A program made the translations under genes and the position numbers. A stretch of DNA of 17,977 nucleotides. It comes from Spirochaetaceae bacterium (GTDB taxonomy: Bacteria; Spirochaetota; Spirochaetia; Treponematales; Breznakiellaceae). The notes below the pieces were generated by a model, which made no database searches, was not told the DNA's origin, and worked only from the letters and a program-made list of their open reading frames with translations. Numbering within the stretch: the stretch's first letter is position 1; each line of letters opens with the position of its first letter. Location of the stretch: assembly GCA_031257255.1 (NCBI GenBank), contig JAIROZ010000119.1, positions 1 through 17,977 of the forward strand, written 5' to 3'. Of this stretch, positions 16,811 through 17,977 are shown piece by piece.

Positions 16811-17317
16811 CTAATATGTATAACTCGATTTTAACTGTGTACTCACAGGGTAGTTAAGGTTTTCCGGCTTGGCATTTTTGAGTACATTAAGGTATTTGGA
16901 TGCCTCGAATTTAGCCATATTCAGATTGTGTTCTAAGTAATTGCCGCATTCTCCCGGCTGTGCGCCCGGAATTTCGCCTTCAAACTTTACCAGCCATTCA
17001 AACATTTCTATCATGAGGGGTAAGAGTTCCGCAGAAGTCCGCTCGCCTTCAAAAAGCGCGTAACATCCTGTACGACAGCCCATAGGTCCAAAGTATATAA
17101 TTTTTTGCGACCATACCTTGTGCGAGCGCAAAAATGTGGCGCACAAATGTTCCAAAGTGTGCATTACCGGCATATCCATTACCGGCTCGCGGTTCGGCAT
17201 CTTAAAGCGCATATCCATAGTGGTAATACAGGTATCCCCGAATTTGTCCGTACGCGACACATATAAGCCCGCCAATAACTTTGTGTGGTCCATCTGAAAA
17301 CTAGCAATTTTCTCCAT
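16811..17317 (-). CDS. luxS: S-ribosylhomocysteine lyase
   Basis: The metal-binding HTLEHL (HxxEH) motif and the FGPMGCRTGCY motif are present. Length is about 168 aa. An SD (GGAG) precedes the ATG on the minus strand. Confidence 0.9.
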   Translation of the reverse strand: MEKIASFQMDHTKLLAGLYVSRTDKFGDTCITTMDMRFKMPNREPVMDMPVMHTLEHLCATFLRSHKVWSQKIIYFGPMGCRTGCYALFEGERTSAELLPLMIEMFEWLVKFEGEIPGAQPGECGNYLEHNLNMAKFEASKYLNVLKNAKPENLNYPVSTQLKSSYTY

Positions 17318-17419
17318 AAATTAACTCCAATAATCTTACGATAACAGAATAAGCCGGTAAGCGCAAGCCGCCATTGCGAAACTAAATGGAAAGCAGTATA
17401 AACAACCAAGGAGCAAGAT

Positions 17420-17491
17420 ATGGCTATTGAAAATGAAGTCAAGCAGGTGCTTGAAGCGTCCGGTTTACTTCCGCAAAAATCGAAAGTCTGA
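17420..17491 (+). CDS. 23-codon small ORF (MAIENEVKQVLEASGLLPQKSKV), a possible leader peptide
   Basis: A perfect AAGGAG SD lies at 17408-17413, 6 nt before the ATG. A TGA stop lies at 17489-17491. GC-rich alternative hairpins and a second SD and gene follow. Confidence 0.3.
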   Translation: MAIENEVKQVLEASGLLPQKSKV

Positions 17492-17558
17492 TATAATTCA
17501 GGCGGCTGGGGATGCCCCGTTCATCCCCGGTTGTAAACCGGTTGTAAGAGGAGAACCT

Positions 17559-17977
17559 ATGAAGTGTATAGCGTGCGGGATTTTTCAGTATGAACTTGAA
17601 AAGGTGCTGCCGGAAATCGAAGCGGAGTTGGGAATTCATGTTGATATTGACTATCTGGAGATGGCGCTGGATGCCGATGCGGAATTGCTGGAAAAGGCGG
17701 TAAGCGAAAAACTGAACGCCAGTCTTGCCGAGTCTGCCGGCGGCGGCAAGGCAGGCAGCGCGGCTAAAAAGCCGGGCGAAAAACCGTTGCTCCTCTATGG
17801 GAGTATGTGCCATACAGAATGGAGCCGGATTACTGCCCCTTCCGGCGCCATTTATCCTGCGCCGGCAAACTGCGCCGAAATGCTGATAGGCGCGGAAAGG
17901 AAACGCGAATTGCAGGCGGACGGCGATGCTTACTTTCTTACATCCACAAGTTTTAAGAATTGGAAGGATATTTTTAT
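17559..17977 (+). CDS. Hypothetical protein whose 3' end lies outside the window (possibly DUF1638-like, low confidence). Its N-terminus is MKCIACGIFQYELEKVLPEI.
   Basis: A GAGGAG SD lies at 17548-17553, 5 nt before the ATG at 17559. The frame is open for 139 codons to the window end. It is absent from the ORF track only because no stop lies within the window. Confidence 0.55.
   Translation, partial: MKCIACGIFQYELEKVLPEIEAELGIHVDIDYLEMALDADAELLEKAVSEKLNASLAESAGGGKAGSAAKKPGEKPLLLYGSMCHTEWSRITAPSGAIYPAPANCAEMLIGAERKRELQADGDAYFLTSTSFKNWKDIF

Noticed and set aside
17439-17813. A 124-aa ORF on the minus strand
   Set aside because: It is antisense to the SD-supported + strand gene starting at 17559 and to the leader region. 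Its product is Arg-rich low-complexity sequence with no SD.
1-17977. A search for CRISPR arrays, IS elements or transposase genes, integrases, and phage genes
   Set aside because: No spaced direct-repeat arrays, terminal inverted repeats with transposase-like ORFs, or recombinase motifs were seen on either strand. The only compositionally foreign segments are the R-M gene and the small lipoprotein cassette, and neither has flanking repeats that I could identify by eye.

Overview
This window looks like a moderately GC-rich bacterial chromosome segment; the lipoprotein signal peptides and the gene content (FlgM, an ApbE-type lipoprotein, LuxS, GalK, PyrBI) are consistent with a Treponema-like spirochete, but that attribution is low-confidence inference. 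In order, the gene calls are: a 5'-truncated Omp85/BamA-like outer-membrane protein; an HMA-domain Cys-containing permease with C-terminal cupredoxin-like domains; a surface lipoprotein with FN3-like repeats; an ApbE flavin-transferase lipoprotein; RsmI; FlgM; tRNA-Leu(GAG); a lone LivM-like ABC permease; pyrI, pyrB and galK on the minus strand; an FmdB-type zinc-ribbon gene translationally coupled to a second zinc-ribbon membrane protein; a conspicuously AT-rich single-polypeptide Type IIG-like restriction-modification gene (PD-ExK nuclease, HsdM_N, gamma-class N6A methyltransferase and HsdS-like TRD) packed directly against murI; a small GntR regulator; an SPFH/band-7 protein; an AT-rich orphan lipoprotein with a strong terminator; luxS on the minus strand; a 23-codon leader ORF followed by GC hairpins; and a 3'-truncated hypothetical gene. 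The single most striking signal is a 13-nt poly-G tract (2761-2773) lying between a near-consensus sigma70 promoter/SD/ATG and the lipobox and body of the FN3-like lipoprotein gene, which as sequenced is out of frame. This is the classic architecture of a slipped-strand phase-variation switch, although a homopolymer sequencing error cannot be excluded. The second most notable signal is the AT-rich Type IIG-like R-M gene island.
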